Sequence record: MW876471
Direction: 5' to 3' (one strand)
DNA: 38,954 nucleotides
Source of the DNA: Escherichia phage P762
How positions within the stretch are numbered: position 1 is the stretch's first letter; every line of letters starts with the position of its first letter. Position numbers and translations under genes: made by a program. The notes under the pieces are model-generated. The model made no database searches. It had not been told where the DNA came from and saw only the letters and a program-made list of their open reading frames with translations. Below, piece by piece: positions 27,628 to 37,500 of this stretch.

Positions 27628-27656
27628 ATTAAGCCATAGTCGAGACTTATAGTCAA
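27628..27656 (-). promoter_or_regulatory. host sigma70-type early promoter (T7 A1-like)
   Basis: minus-strand TTGACTATAAGTCTCGACTATGG-CTTAAT, close to T7 A1. Confidence 0.6.
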
Positions 27657-27808
27657 TAGGTGATTTGAAATTAATATTGATTAAACTATCGTCGGCCCCA
27701 TAGTGACTAAGAGGATATAGTCTTTGACTAACATGTCTTAGACCTTAAGTCTATAGCGTTGTGTCTATTAGCTGTATGTCTCTGACTGTAGGTGTTGGTG
27801 TCTTATGG

Positions 27809-27840
27809 CTGAGACTGTAGGTTGCTGAGACTGTAGGTTG
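27809..27840. repeat. 16-bp tandem direct repeat (ctgagactgtaggttg x2) within an array of short iterated motifs
   Basis: exact tandem duplication; nearby recurrent gactgtaggt, cctatgg and cctatcgt motifs, analogous to the short repeats next to the T7 terminal repeat. Confidence 0.7.
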
Positions 27841-27869
27841 TAGGACCTATGGCTGTTGAGACCTATGGT

Positions 27870-28058
27870 TATACAGATAGAGACTCAGAGACAGACCAAT
27901 AGTCCCAACCTATCGTCCCGACCTCCAGCCATAGCCTCAACCTATCGTTGACCTGAAGTCTTGACCATTGGTCCAACCTTATGATAAACTGGGGTAGGGC
28001 CTTTGGTCTGGACTGAAAGAGGGCCTATGGGGAGACTTGAGGTTCTTGAACTGTGAGA
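27870..28058 (-). repeat. predicted direct terminal repeat of the linear genome, single collapsed copy; left genome end near 28058
   Basis: minus strand from ~28058 reads TCTCACAGTTCAAGAACCTCAAGTCTCCCCATAGGCCC, homologous to the first bases of the T7 terminal repeat; boundaries inferred only. Confidence 0.45.
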
Positions 28059-28304
28059 TGTGGTCTCAAACTTTTGGTCCAAAACTCATCGTCCCTCCTT
28101 AGGAGCCAGCTACTGTAGGTCAAGGACCGTAGGTCTAAGACCATCGGATGACGACCAGTGAACCAATCAGTAGGTAGACCAGAAGTGAGAGCCTGAATGG
28201 TGTTACCTAAAGTCCTTGACTACAGTAGCTAAGGTCAGTAGAGTGAGTCTTTATCCACGTACTGACCTTAGGTCTTCCGCTCATGAATCGTTACCATGAT
28301 TGCG

Positions 28305-28463
28305 TTAATTACACTGAGACACCAGAGAACATACGAGAGTCTCGACCCACCCGACCCACTGACTTCCAGCAGTAACGCCAGCAGCAAGTAGAACAGCAGC
28401 AAGAAACCTGTATGTAGATCGATTGGTCGCCAGAGCTTTAAGTACAGCTTTGGTCTTTGCCAT
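28305..28463 (-). CDS. gp19.5-position small membrane protein (52 aa)
   Basis: AGGAGG SD; MAKTKAVLKALATNRSTYRFLAAVLLAAGVTAGSQWVGWV..., last gene before the genome end. Confidence 0.5.
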   Translation of the reverse strand: MAKTKAVLKALATNRSTYRFLAAVLLAAGVTAGSQWVGWVETLVCSLVSQCN

Positions 28464-28643
28464 ATGCTACATACCTCCTGTATCTATGGTCGGTGACTAT
28501 CTGTATTGGAGGGATTATGATTAATATCACCATCCTTCCATCGGTGCAAGCCTTAGGTAAGAACTCGGAGTCTGCCTCCTAAGGTCTTGCATAAAGTCTG
28601 CATATGTATATTCACTACAGTAATACTATAAGTAACCGGGGGT

Positions 28644-28666
28644 CTTCCCTATAGTGATAGTTAAGT
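28644..28666 (-). promoter_or_regulatory. phage RNAP promoter (phiOR position, after the terminase gene)
   Basis: plus-strand ttccctatagtgatagttaag. Confidence 0.75.
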
Positions 28667-28760
28667 CCAAACTCCTTGTAAAACAGTAGGTTAGACTGGT
28701 AGTAACTATAGGTTACTAACCGCGTATTAATGCAGTTTTCACCCATAGTTATTCATACAG

Positions 28761-30524
28761 CTAGTGGAACGTAACGTATGACCCTAGTCCTAGCTCGTCG
28801 TCAGTATCGTGAGTTACCCGGACCCCATTGTCCCAGAACTCAGTGTGGATGGACTCGAAGCCTTTCCGTGGGTTCTCCATCTGTTCCTCCAGCCACTCCT
28901 CAGTGACTTCACGTTCGCCTTTGTTGGCATCCTTAGCCATAGACTCAACGAAGAACTGCACACCGATAGCCAGCGCATCAAGTCGGTCATCGTGTGCCAA
29001 TGCTCCACGTTCACGAGAGATACGGGTCATCTGGTAGAAGAGAGAGTAGATAGGGTTACGAACACCATCCTTGTCAGAGGCTGTCTGGTAGTCTTGGACG
29101 ATAGCAGCAGCGTTGACGATAAGTCTGTGAGACCCCATGATAGGCTCCAGAACGTCACAGATGCGGAGTTCTTTCTGACCCTTACTCTTCACTTCAGTTA
29201 CAGCCGCAGGATGTATACGTGCCGCTACAGGCTTGAATAGCTCAAGGTACATACCATCACCGAAGTTACCCTCAATGACGTATTCGTTGACCTTCCACTT
29301 ACGACCAATCTTAGCCAAGGCTTCCAGCGTAGAGTCTTCATAACCACCACGCATACCACCAACTTCCATAGCGAAGATGTAACCGTTTAGCTGATACAGT
29401 ACCGCATAACCAGTTTCATCCTTACCACGACCACTAGGGTCAATGACCAGAATCTTCTGGGTGTACGAACTGAAGGCAGAACCTACAGTCTGATACGTGT
29501 GGTATGAGTCACCCATGAGTCCAACGTTAGGGACGTCCTCGCGCTTGTTCTGAGGGTTTGGCAGCCATTGGTAGACCATTGGGCTGGACGCTGGGTCCAA
29601 GTCGGCTACGATAAGGTCACGGAGCTTCAGAGGGTACTTCTCAGCATCACTCAGGTTCGGGTTAAGCATGAATTGTAGAGCGAAGCCAGCTTTACCATAG
29701 GACAGCTCACGTTCCTTCAGGTCCGTATCATCAAATCGTACTTCGTCTGTCGGACGCCAGTAGAAGGACTCAGGGTCCTCTTCCAGTTCTGCCTGAAGCA
29801 TAGGAGCCAGACGGTCGCCGTAAGACTGCCAGTCCTTCCTGTCGCGTGGATAACGAGCTGGCCAGATAGTAGTGGTATACCCACGACCCTCCAACTCACG
29901 ATACAGGGTCATCTCGTTCTGAGGAGTGCCCAGATAGATGATTGTACCTCCCGGCTTCAGGATAGCGTCGAACTCTTTCACAAGCTCTGACAGTCGGTCT
30001 CGCGCAGCCTGAGTAGCAGAGTTGTTTGGAACCTCCACGTCATCAGCAATAAGGATGTCAGCACGACTACCAGTCAACTGACCAGTGATGCCAACGGACT
30101 TAACCGAAGGTGAGTGGTCCGGCTTTGCTGGTCCAACGTCGAAGCTGATAACCGCATCCCTCTGTCCCTGCTTAGGTTTGAGTTCCTGAAGCTGAGGCAT
30201 GAGGTCGATGATTCGCTTGATGAAGATGGAGTTAGCATCTGCTCGTTCCTTTGAGGCCGACACAATCATGAACTTCAAGTCTGGGTTATTCCATAGCTTC
30301 CAGACCACGAAGGCACACGTAATGAAGGACTTCCCGATACCACGGAACGCCTGTAGGATGAAACGCCTGTTGTCCCCAGCCGATAGTTTCTTCGCCATGT
30401 CAATCTGGCAGCGAGTTGGTACTGGGAGTGACAGAGCTTTCCACAGGACGAACAGGAAGAACACGAAGTCTGCCTTCATACGGGCAGTCATTAGCGCCTG
30501 ACGCGCCACTAAGTCTTTACTCAA
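28761..30524 (-). CDS. gp19: terminase large subunit gp19
   Basis: 587 aa; [125 protein letters not shown] blocks match T7 gp19. Confidence 0.97.
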   Translation of the reverse strand: MSKDLVARQALMTARMKADFVFFLFVLWKALSLPVPTRCQIDMAKKLSAGDNRRFILQAFRGIGKSFITCAFVVWKLWNNPDLKFMIVSASKERADANSIFIKRIIDLMPQLQELKPKQGQRDAVISFDVGPAKPDHSPSVKSVGITGQLTGSRADILIADDVEVPNNSATQAARDRLSELVKEFDAILKPGGTIIYLGTPQNEMTLYRELEGRGYTTTIWPARYPRDRKDWQSYGDRLAPMLQAELEEDPESFYWRPTDEVRFDDTDLKERELSYGKAGFALQFMLNPNLSDAEKYPLKLRDLIVADLDPASSPMVYQWLPNPQNKREDVPNVGLMGDSYHTYQTVGSAFSSYTQKILVIDPSGRGKDETGYAVLYQLNGYIFAMEVGGMRGGYEDSTLEALAKIGRKWKVNEYVIEGNFGDGMYLELFKPVAARIHPAAVTEVKSKGQKELRICDVLEPIMGSHRLIVNAAAIVQDYQTASDKDGVRNPIYSLFYQMTRISRERGALAHDDRLDALAIGVQFFVESMAKDANKGEREVTEEWLEEQMENPRKGFESIHTEFWDNGVRVTHDTDDELGLGSYVTFH

Positions 30525-30536
30525 TGCGTCACCTCC

Positions 30537-31328
30537 TTATACGTTAAAGATTCGGTCTACACGTACTGTAAGCGATGATAACGTTAGGTCTTCTGACCCA
30601 GTAACGATGATACCAAGCATGATGCCAGTTTCTACAAACGGGTCGTCCGAATCAGCGATGTAGCTGTGGATAGCTGATTCACGGATGGTGAAGAGCTTCT
30701 GGTCAGATGTATCCGTAACAGACGATAAGGTCGTATTATCTGGGCGACGAAGCTGCACTCTCCATTTATGAGACGTTTCTGTAGGGAATTCACCAGCGAA
30801 TCGAACTACGAAGTTTACACCACTTAGCCCCTCTTTAGCTGGGAATATCATCTTTCCGTCTGAGATAGTCACAACACCGCTGTTAACTCCCCTAACTAAA
30901 GGTAGAGTCATTAGGTTAGTGAACTGTCCAGCCGTACACACTTGAGTCCCTGACCAATTGAATGTGTCTAGAGAATACTCAGCGTGAGAGACAGGACGCG
31001 ATTCTCGATAGGTATACTCCACCTTAACCAGCCCGATTCCACTATCATCCAGCTTGGCGACCTTAAGAATTAGGAAACCATCTTCAGTAGCCCCATCAAC
31101 TTCCAGACGCACACTTTCTGTCTGTAAGGGCCAGCCTCCACCATCGGAGAAATTACCAGTAGTAGACGTACCGTCGCTTAGTGTAATTTTAGTAGACTCA
31201 GCGTTAGCTGGGACCTTCACGTATATTGTTCCAGCCAATAAGTGACCGGATGGGTTCTTCAATCCAGTTGGTGCTCCAGTCACAAAGTGCCACACCACGT
31301 CAGTTTTCAAAGTAATGATGTTACCCAT
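30537..31328 (-). CDS. hypothetical protein (263 aa) inserted between Rz/Rz1 and large terminase
   Basis: AAGGAG SD; start overlaps Rz stop; beta-rich, Gly/Thr/Ser/Val-rich; T7 has no gene here. Confidence 0.8.
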   Translation of the reverse strand: MGNIITLKTDVVWHFVTGAPTGLKNPSGHLLAGTIYVKVPANAESTKITLSDGTSTTGNFSDGGGWPLQTESVRLEVDGATEDGFLILKVAKLDDSGIGLVKVEYTYRESRPVSHAEYSLDTFNWSGTQVCTAGQFTNLMTLPLVRGVNSGVVTISDGKMIFPAKEGLSGVNFVVRFAGEFPTETSHKWRVQLRRPDNTTLSSVTDTSDQKLFTIRESAIHSYIADSDDPFVETGIMLGIIVTGSEDLTLSSLTVRVDRIFNV

Positions 31329-31773
31329 TGTCGTTCTCCTTGCCTTGTTGAAGTTTGCGAATAGTATCCTGTAGTGCTTTAATCCAAGCGTCCCCTTTTA
31401 GTCCGATGGCGATAAGACGTTTAGCATCTCGTTCGTCAAGTTCGGCGTAACCATCAATGATGCATCGACCGTCACTTTGCGTGGCTCCACTCGTAGGTTT
31501 GACTCGGATGCGCAGCCGCTTATTGTCAGACTGAAGGTCAGCAATAATCCTATCAGTGCTGCCTTCCAGCGAGGACATTTCGTCCTGAAACCGTTTGGAC
31601 ACTTTGTTGACTTCAGCTTGGACAGCAAGCCTTGTATCTTCCGATGCCTTAAGATTCGAGGTGTATTCTGCATTGACCTTAGCCTCCCACTTATTGTTAG
31701 CGGTGTGGTAGCCCCCAGCAAACATCACTGCTGCGAGTAACCACGGAGCCGCTCTCTTTAGAAATTCGAGCAT
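31321..31773 (-). CDS. gp18.5: Rz-like i-spanin (gp18.5)
   Basis: 150 aa, N-terminal TM segment then coiled-coil periplasmic domain; position after small terminase. Confidence 0.8.
   Translation of the reverse strand: MLEFLKRAAPWLLAAVMFAGGYHTANNKWEAKVNAEYTSNLKASEDTRLAVQAEVNKVSKRFQDEMSSLEGSTDRIIADLQSDNKRLRIRVKPTSGATQSDGRCIIDGYAELDERDAKRLIAIGLKGDAWIKALQDTIRKLQQGKENDNG
31398..31560 (-). CDS. Rz1-like o-spanin embedded in Rz in another frame (gp18.7), start uncertain
   Basis: embedded frame encodes ..ALIGLLLTFSLTISGCASES..: lipoprotein signal with lipobox-like I-S-G-C; no in-frame ATG nearby. Confidence 0.45.
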
Positions 31774-31830
31774 AGGCGCCCTCCCGGTTTATCAGATTTC
31801 ACGTAGAGTCTCCTCCACTAGTTAGTGTTA

Positions 31831-31872
31831 ACCATAAAGGCCACTACATACAGTAATGACCTTGAGTCTAAC
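31831..31872 (-). promoter_or_regulatory. conserved hairpin, candidate RNase III site (R18.5 position)
   Basis: RNA GUUAGACUCAAGGUCAU-loop-GUGGCCUUUAUGGUU, same stem as the other two sites. Confidence 0.5.
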
Positions 31873-31874
31873 AC

Positions 31875-32138
31875 TTATTGAACACCATACCCGGTGTCAT
31901 TATCTTCCGTAGCTGAGAGCACCTTATCGTACTCTGCGTTCAGGGCCTCCATATCAGCCAGCGTCTTCTCGTCCACAGACACCTTACTTAACACAAAGTT
32001 GTGACGAGCAAGCAGCTTCTCAATGGCGTTGTAAAGCTGAGGTGAACGCTTAGAGTCATCCCGCAGGTCTTGCAGCATGAGTCGAGCACGTTCAGTATCT
32101 AGCATTAAGAGGAACTTCTCTAAGTCCATCTGCGTCAT
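31875..32138 (-). CDS. gp18: terminase small subunit / DNA maturation protein gp18
   Basis: 87-aa ORF, size as T7 gp18 (89 aa), after the holin. Confidence 0.75.
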   Translation of the reverse strand: MTQMDLEKFLLMLDTERARLMLQDLRDDSKRSPQLYNAIEKLLARHNFVLSKVSVDEKTLADMEALNAEYDKVLSATEDNDTGYGVQ

Positions 32139-32329
32139 GTTTTACCACCTCCTTTAATCGTTTTGTAGACTAGCACACCAATCTGGACAACGGTGTACGC
32201 GATAGCTGCAACGTAGAACCATTCGTTCAGTGTAAGTCCGAAGAAGAACCGACTGGCACCATCAGCCGCAGCGGTCCCGACGATAGGAGAGGCTTTAAGG
32301 ACCTCATTCTTGAAGTCTAACTCAATCAT
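32135..32329 (-). CDS. gp17.5: class II holin gp17.5
   Basis: 64 aa; KA.PIVGT..AD...R.FFGL.LNEWFYVAAIAYTVVQIG block nearly identical to T7 gp17.5. Confidence 0.92.
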   Translation of the reverse strand: MIELDFKNEVLKASPIVGTAAADGASRFFFGLTLNEWFYVAAIAYTVVQIGVLVYKTIKGGGKT

Positions 32330-32381
32330 AAAACCTCCAGTTTAAAGCGGGTCGTCCGTGACCCAAAGTTGTTACCATACG

Positions 32382-34520
32382 TTAATCATTCTCAGTATTA
32401 TACATCAATACAACCGGACCTGTATACGTTGCCGTAGATGCCAGGTTAGTCATGTTGTAAGGCCGCATTCTAACCTGATTGGTACTAATGAGGCGGGCCT
32501 TAAGTAGCCATGTATCATCATTTGTGTTTGCTGATGTCTCTTGAATAATTACAGAGGTTGCAGGTTGAAAATGGTCTGGTATGTTTCTGGTTACCACTCT
32601 AGCTGTGTCTGTACTTGTTAGAGTAAAGAACTCCCGCCCTGATGTAGATATTGCTGTACAGTTCTCTGTATAGTTATTCCTAATATCTGGCCTACTTGTG
32701 CGACCCTCCGCTAAAGTCTTCATCTTAATAACACTAGTATTCATAGCAGTTCCTGTCGTGTTACGGAACCTGCACTCAGTAACCTTCACCTGATATGGGT
32801 TAGATATCAGATTAATAGCCACCCCATGCGGAGGCACTAACCAGTTACAAGCATTAATCGTAAAGCGTGCACCATCACCATTTGATTCAATAAGACATCC
32901 ATCAAAATAACAATTAGAAAACTGGTCAGCATTAGACATGATAACAACACGACCCTTAGTACTATCCGTATCCTGATCTGGATAGAAGTGACAGTTACTA
33001 AATGCGTTAGCACCTTTACGCAAAATCATAACGTCTTTGTACTGGGAACCGATGATAATATCGGAGAAGTTATTATCATAGCAGTCAATGTCTAAACCTA
33101 CACCCTCTGTAACATGGGAAGGGAACGGGTAACGCCAGTCTGGTTGCTGGAATATATGAGTTTTACCCATATTCAACTCATGAGGTGTAGACCCATTTGG
33201 TTGCATTTTTACCCCATGCTGCAAATACCTAGTTAACAATCCACCCCATACGGTTACTTTTAAGAAATCACCGGTAATACGAATAGAACTTGCTGCCTTC
33301 CAGTTAGCATCAATATTTGGGTTAAAAACAACAATATTTTCAATTGGTCGTATACCATTAACCTTACGAAAATCCAGTACAGCGTCCGTATTAGGGAAAG
33401 AACCAATAGCGATGAGTGAAGGGTTCATCACAGCAAAGTTAAGGCAGTCATCAATAGTAAATGAGCGAGATACATAGTAGGCACCTTGGCTCATATCAAA
33501 AACAGCACCCCCAAGGTTAAACATGTTTGGGTCTTCTCGGCCTGTAGGATATGCGGTCTTACGGTTTCTTGCAATTACACTATCTCTCCAAAGAGCTAAT
33601 GCATCCGAACTGTCGAAGGTAGCTACATTGGGTTTGGCTCCATAGTTCCTTGGATCGTCAACAGAATATGCTGATAGATAGCCAACGCACACCCAATCAT
33701 CATCTGGCGATGAGTTCGGTGGTACAGTTATCGTTCCAGATATTGGAGAGTAATACATGTTATCCAGTGGGTTCAAAAGTGCAGATTCATTAGCTGTCGC
33801 TGAACCTCCAGTTAAAAACGTAACACCAGATATTTTTTTATATTCAAGTGCCATAAAATATGACTCAGCCCACTGCCTTGCAGAGGCATCACCAACGCTA
33901 ACCCACGCACCTAATCCAATCCCGCCGGAAGTTTCAGGAGTTGAACCAGCAGGAACGTTCTTTGGAAGCGTACCATCCCAGCGGTAATAAGCACCATCCT
34001 CTTCCCATAGCAGCACCTCGTTCCATGTTATAACGTTGAAGCCTTTCTCGAAGGAGCGGCGGGTAATATAGCTAATTCGACCAGATGCCTTGATACTCTC
34101 AGCGATTCGTCGTGCTTCATCCTCGCTATCCTTAGCGTTGCCAGCAGAGTTACCAGCAGCATCGGCATATTCCTTCGCTAAGTCAACAGTTTGGTCTCGA
34201 CCTTCTTCTGAAATATGGATAGCCTGAAGCTCTGCATTGGTCAGGTCACTAGCTGTCAACACTGATCCATTCCTGAAGTCTACCACTAAGTCAGTTCCAG
34301 TCTGACGGTGAATACGAACGATGTCAAAACCTGATTGGTCAACCAACATCTCAATCATCGTTGGATTAAGGAATCTGTAATCTCTACCAACTTCCAGTAC
34401 ACGGTTCAGGGTAGGGTTAGAGCTATTCACCAGCGTAACAACAACAAACGTTCTTGCTAGGTAGTCGAACTCAATCCTGTACTGAGTGTTTCCTGAAGGG
34501 AATTGTGTAATCGTGGACAT
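32382..34520 (-). CDS. gp17: tail fibre/tailspike gp17: T7-type N-terminal adaptor plus unrelated beta-helix-like, probably enzymatic, C-terminal domain
   Basis: N-terminal ~150 aa ([31 protein letters not shown]) match T7 gp17; the remaining ~560 aa are unrelated to T7 fibre, AT-richer, with [16 protein letters not shown]-type repeats. Confidence 0.9.
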   Translation of the reverse strand: MSTITQFPSGNTQYRIEFDYLARTFVVVTLVNSSNPTLNRVLEVGRDYRFLNPTMIEMLVDQSGFDIVRIHRQTGTDLVVDFRNGSVLTASDLTNAELQAIHISEEGRDQTVDLAKEYADAAGNSAGNAKDSEDEARRIAESIKASGRISYITRRSFEKGFNVITWNEVLLWEEDGAYYRWDGTLPKNVPAGSTPETSGGIGLGAWVSVGDASARQWAESYFMALEYKKISGVTFLTGGSATANESALLNPLDNMYYSPISGTITVPPNSSPDDDWVCVGYLSAYSVDDPRNYGAKPNVATFDSSDALALWRDSVIARNRKTAYPTGREDPNMFNLGGAVFDMSQGAYYVSRSFTIDDCLNFAVMNPSLIAIGSFPNTDAVLDFRKVNGIRPIENIVVFNPNIDANWKAASSIRITGDFLKVTVWGGLLTRYLQHGVKMQPNGSTPHELNMGKTHIFQQPDWRYPFPSHVTEGVGLDIDCYDNNFSDIIIGSQYKDVMILRKGANAFSNCHFYPDQDTDSTKGRVVIMSNADQFSNCYFDGCLIESNGDGARFTINACNWLVPPHGVAINLISNPYQVKVTECRFRNTTGTAMNTSVIKMKTLAEGRTSRPDIRNNYTENCTAISTSGREFFTLTSTDTARVVTRNIPDHFQPATSVIIQETSANTNDDTWLLKARLISTNQVRMRPYNMTNLASTATYTGPVVLMYNTEND

Positions 34521-34565
34521 TATGCCTCCTTTGTGATTTAAATGGAGACCTATGGTAGCGCCTCC

Positions 34566-34588
34566 GTTTCCTATAGTGATAGTTTAGT
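34566..34588 (-). promoter_or_regulatory. phage RNAP promoter (phi17 position)
   Basis: plus-strand tttcctatagtgatagtttag. Confidence 0.8.
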
Positions 34589-37500
34589 CCTTGATGTGGA
34601 TACCTTGCTCCTCAAACGTTCCCAGTAGCAACTTCTGGGTAATTGGGTCGTTCGGAACCAGTTCACGGAACGTATTATACATCCCGGTCATGTAGTCACG
34701 CTCGTTAACACGAGTATCAGCCTTGAGGTAGCCAGCCAAGTTGTAAGCCGAAGCGCCAACGTTAGCAGCATATCCGAAAGCTGGGACCTGCTCCAAGAAG
34801 TTACCAACAACATTCATCACAGGGTCACTTGTAGCCGCACCATATGTGATAGCACGTTCAGGCTTCTCTGTAGGTGAACGAGGTAGGATAGACGAGCGGA
34901 GCATCTTAGTGTCCTCATACCCAGCGATACCGCCAAGAATATTAGCGACCCCAAGTGGTCCACCTAGATGTGAACTACGGGACAGAGCCGCATAGCCGAT
35001 CATCGTCGGGTTCAGAGCTTGCTTGAGATACTCACGGTCTCGACCATCCTGCATAGCGTAAGCCTTGATGTGAGCCTGAGCCATGTAGTAGATACCAGCA
35101 AGACCCATAGACATCACAGTGGACAGGGCGGCGTCCATCGCTCGGTTATTCTTCGTGGCGTTATAGAAGGTTCGCATGGTTCGCCCATTGATGGACTTGA
35201 TGACGAAGTTCTTAAACTGAAGGACAGTCTTAGCGAGAGGACTATAAGCCTTGGCGTCCATGTTTGACAGCTTGTGGGGCCGGAGTAACGTTTCGTCAGC
35301 GATGGTGTCACCCATACGCCACAGGTCCATAGCCCTTGGGTCCTGACTAAACGCCTTCTTATCCTTGATCGTGTACTTCCCGTCTGGACCACGAGTCACT
35401 GACTCACGGATTAATGACTTAATGCCCTTCCACTGCTCGTCAGAGATACCAGCGGTCTTCAGCCAGCGGTCATCGAACCGACGCTTACTACCAGTCAGAC
35501 TATGCTCCACTATGTCAGACAGGAAGCCTTGACGTCCAGCATCTAACAGGTAGTTTGTCGTACCGTTGAGGACTTTAGTTAACGGAGAGCGTACTGCAAG
35601 TTCACCAGTGTAATACTTGGCAGTCCCCAGAGCTGTAGCCGTACCACGACCGAGGTCACTGTAAGACCGCAGACGGTCAATGACATCCTGTTTAGACGGA
35701 CGGATTGAGTCATCCAGTTCCTTACCGAATATAACATTGTGCAGGTCCTTAATCTCTGAGGCCCCTACCTTCTTGTTACGGAAGGCTAGGTCACGGAACA
35801 TCGGGACTCCATGTAGTAGCGCACGAACGTTACCACGAGCCAGCATACCACCAATCTCCGTTAAGTTCTGAATACCCATGTAGGCATTCTTAGCGAAGAA
35901 CGATAGGTCTGTCATTGTGCGCAGAACGGTATTGAAGGCTGCATCGTCGGCACCATCACGTCGAGCACGACCGGTGAGAATCTTCAAGGTGTCACGTAAG
36001 GTAGATACCTCACCTTTCAACTTACCGTCATCCCCAGCCTTGTTCATCATGGTCTCAACCAAGTCCTTCATGTCCTTCGTGGTCTTTCCTGTACCAGCCA
36101 TGATAGCTATGTCCCCATTAACTCGACGGTTGTACGCCGGAACAATCTTGTCCATGTCCCACTCACGCAGGTTGTTGACACTGAAGGTCTGACCATTAGG
36201 TAGGACGATTGACATATCGCTATCGAACAGGTTACGAGCCTCAAGGAAGCTGTTGTTCTCCAGACCAACCAGACCGTTGATGTTCTCTTCCATTACGGAT
36301 GAGCGTTCGAACTGCTCGGTGTGAGAGATACCGTAAGCCTTATCGTTGGCGTACTTATCGACCGCAGCCGCAAGTCCTTCTGGAGTCAACGTAGGGTCAG
36401 CCTCTAAGAGTGCCTCGTCCACGCGTTTCTTTACTTCAGGTCGAGACGCATAGCTGGTCAACCATGACTTCTTGATGGCCTCCTGCAACGCCTCTGGACT
36501 CCCAAGCTCCTTGATGTACAGCTCCTTCATCTGTTTGCTATACACATGAGGGACGTAGGTTCCCTTGAAGCGGCTACCCGGAAAGATAGACTGAGCGTCT
36601 GGCCGACCAAACATAGCTGGGTTCTCCATCATCTCACGCTTGGCGTCAAACTGGTTCTTCAGCAGGTCATAGACTTTCAGTTCTCCCGGAGTCAGTTCAG
36701 CCTTCAGGTTTCCGCTACCATCTTCGATAGCCATAGACACACGCTGGTAGATGTCCTGACGGAATGCGCCAGAGTCTCGCCAGAATGCTGTCTGGAAGTA
36801 CGGGTCCTTTAGTGCCTCAGTAACCGCATCGTCGATGTCATTGTAGAACCGATGGTCCACAGCACGAAGTCTCTCGAATACGTCTGACGCAGTGGTCCCG
36901 ATTTTACCTGAAGCACCAGACTGCATACCAGTTGGTGAACGCACTAAGTCAGCAGCGACTCCACGAATCTCAGGGTTCTCAGACCGAAGCAGCTTCAGGC
37001 CAATCTCAGTCAGACCACCAAGGTTCACACCAGCAGCGGCACGTTCAGGCTCAATCACTTCGTCAAAGACCTGACGTGTCTTAGGGTTCAGAGGGTTCTC
37101 ACCAATCAGGATTGAACCATCTTCAAGTCGTACACTACCCGGCTCGTTAGGAACGTCAGCGAACTTAACGCCTTGATGACTAAAGGTCTGCTCACCTTCC
37201 TGAATAGGGAGACGAGACAGGTCCTGACCATCAACGTTACGAGCGGTCTCACGAGCTTCCAGACGTGTAGCTGGACCAGCAAACTCATTAGTGTTGCGGC
37301 CCAAGGCTCTTCCTAGTCCATCAGCGATAGCAGTCATACCCCCACCGAAGAGAGCACCACCAAGGATAGCCTCAGCCACATGAGCATCACCACCAGCCAC
37401 TGATGTACGGGCCATCTCTGACACACCAGCAAGTGCTCCAGATTGAGCAGCCACGGTGAACATCTTGTTGACCAGCTTACCACCTTTGCCAACCTGTCCA

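Noticed and set aside
27403-27639. Plus-strand 78-aa and 65-aa ORFs in the early promoter region
   Set aside because: Lie across the A1/A3-like host promoters and a region conserved with T7 non-coding DNA; Cys/Arg-rich low-complexity translation, no SD
27780-27960. Possible CRISPR-like array in the repeat-rich region
   Set aside because: Repeats are 7-16 bp, irregularly spaced and of several types, without 28-37 bp repeat/spacer periodicity; they match T7-type terminal-region repeats
31398-31721. Full 107-aa track ORF inside Rz as an independent protein
   Set aside because: Only its C-terminal lipoprotein-like portion is plausible as Rz1; the N-terminal part is an out-of-frame read-through of Rz with no start signal
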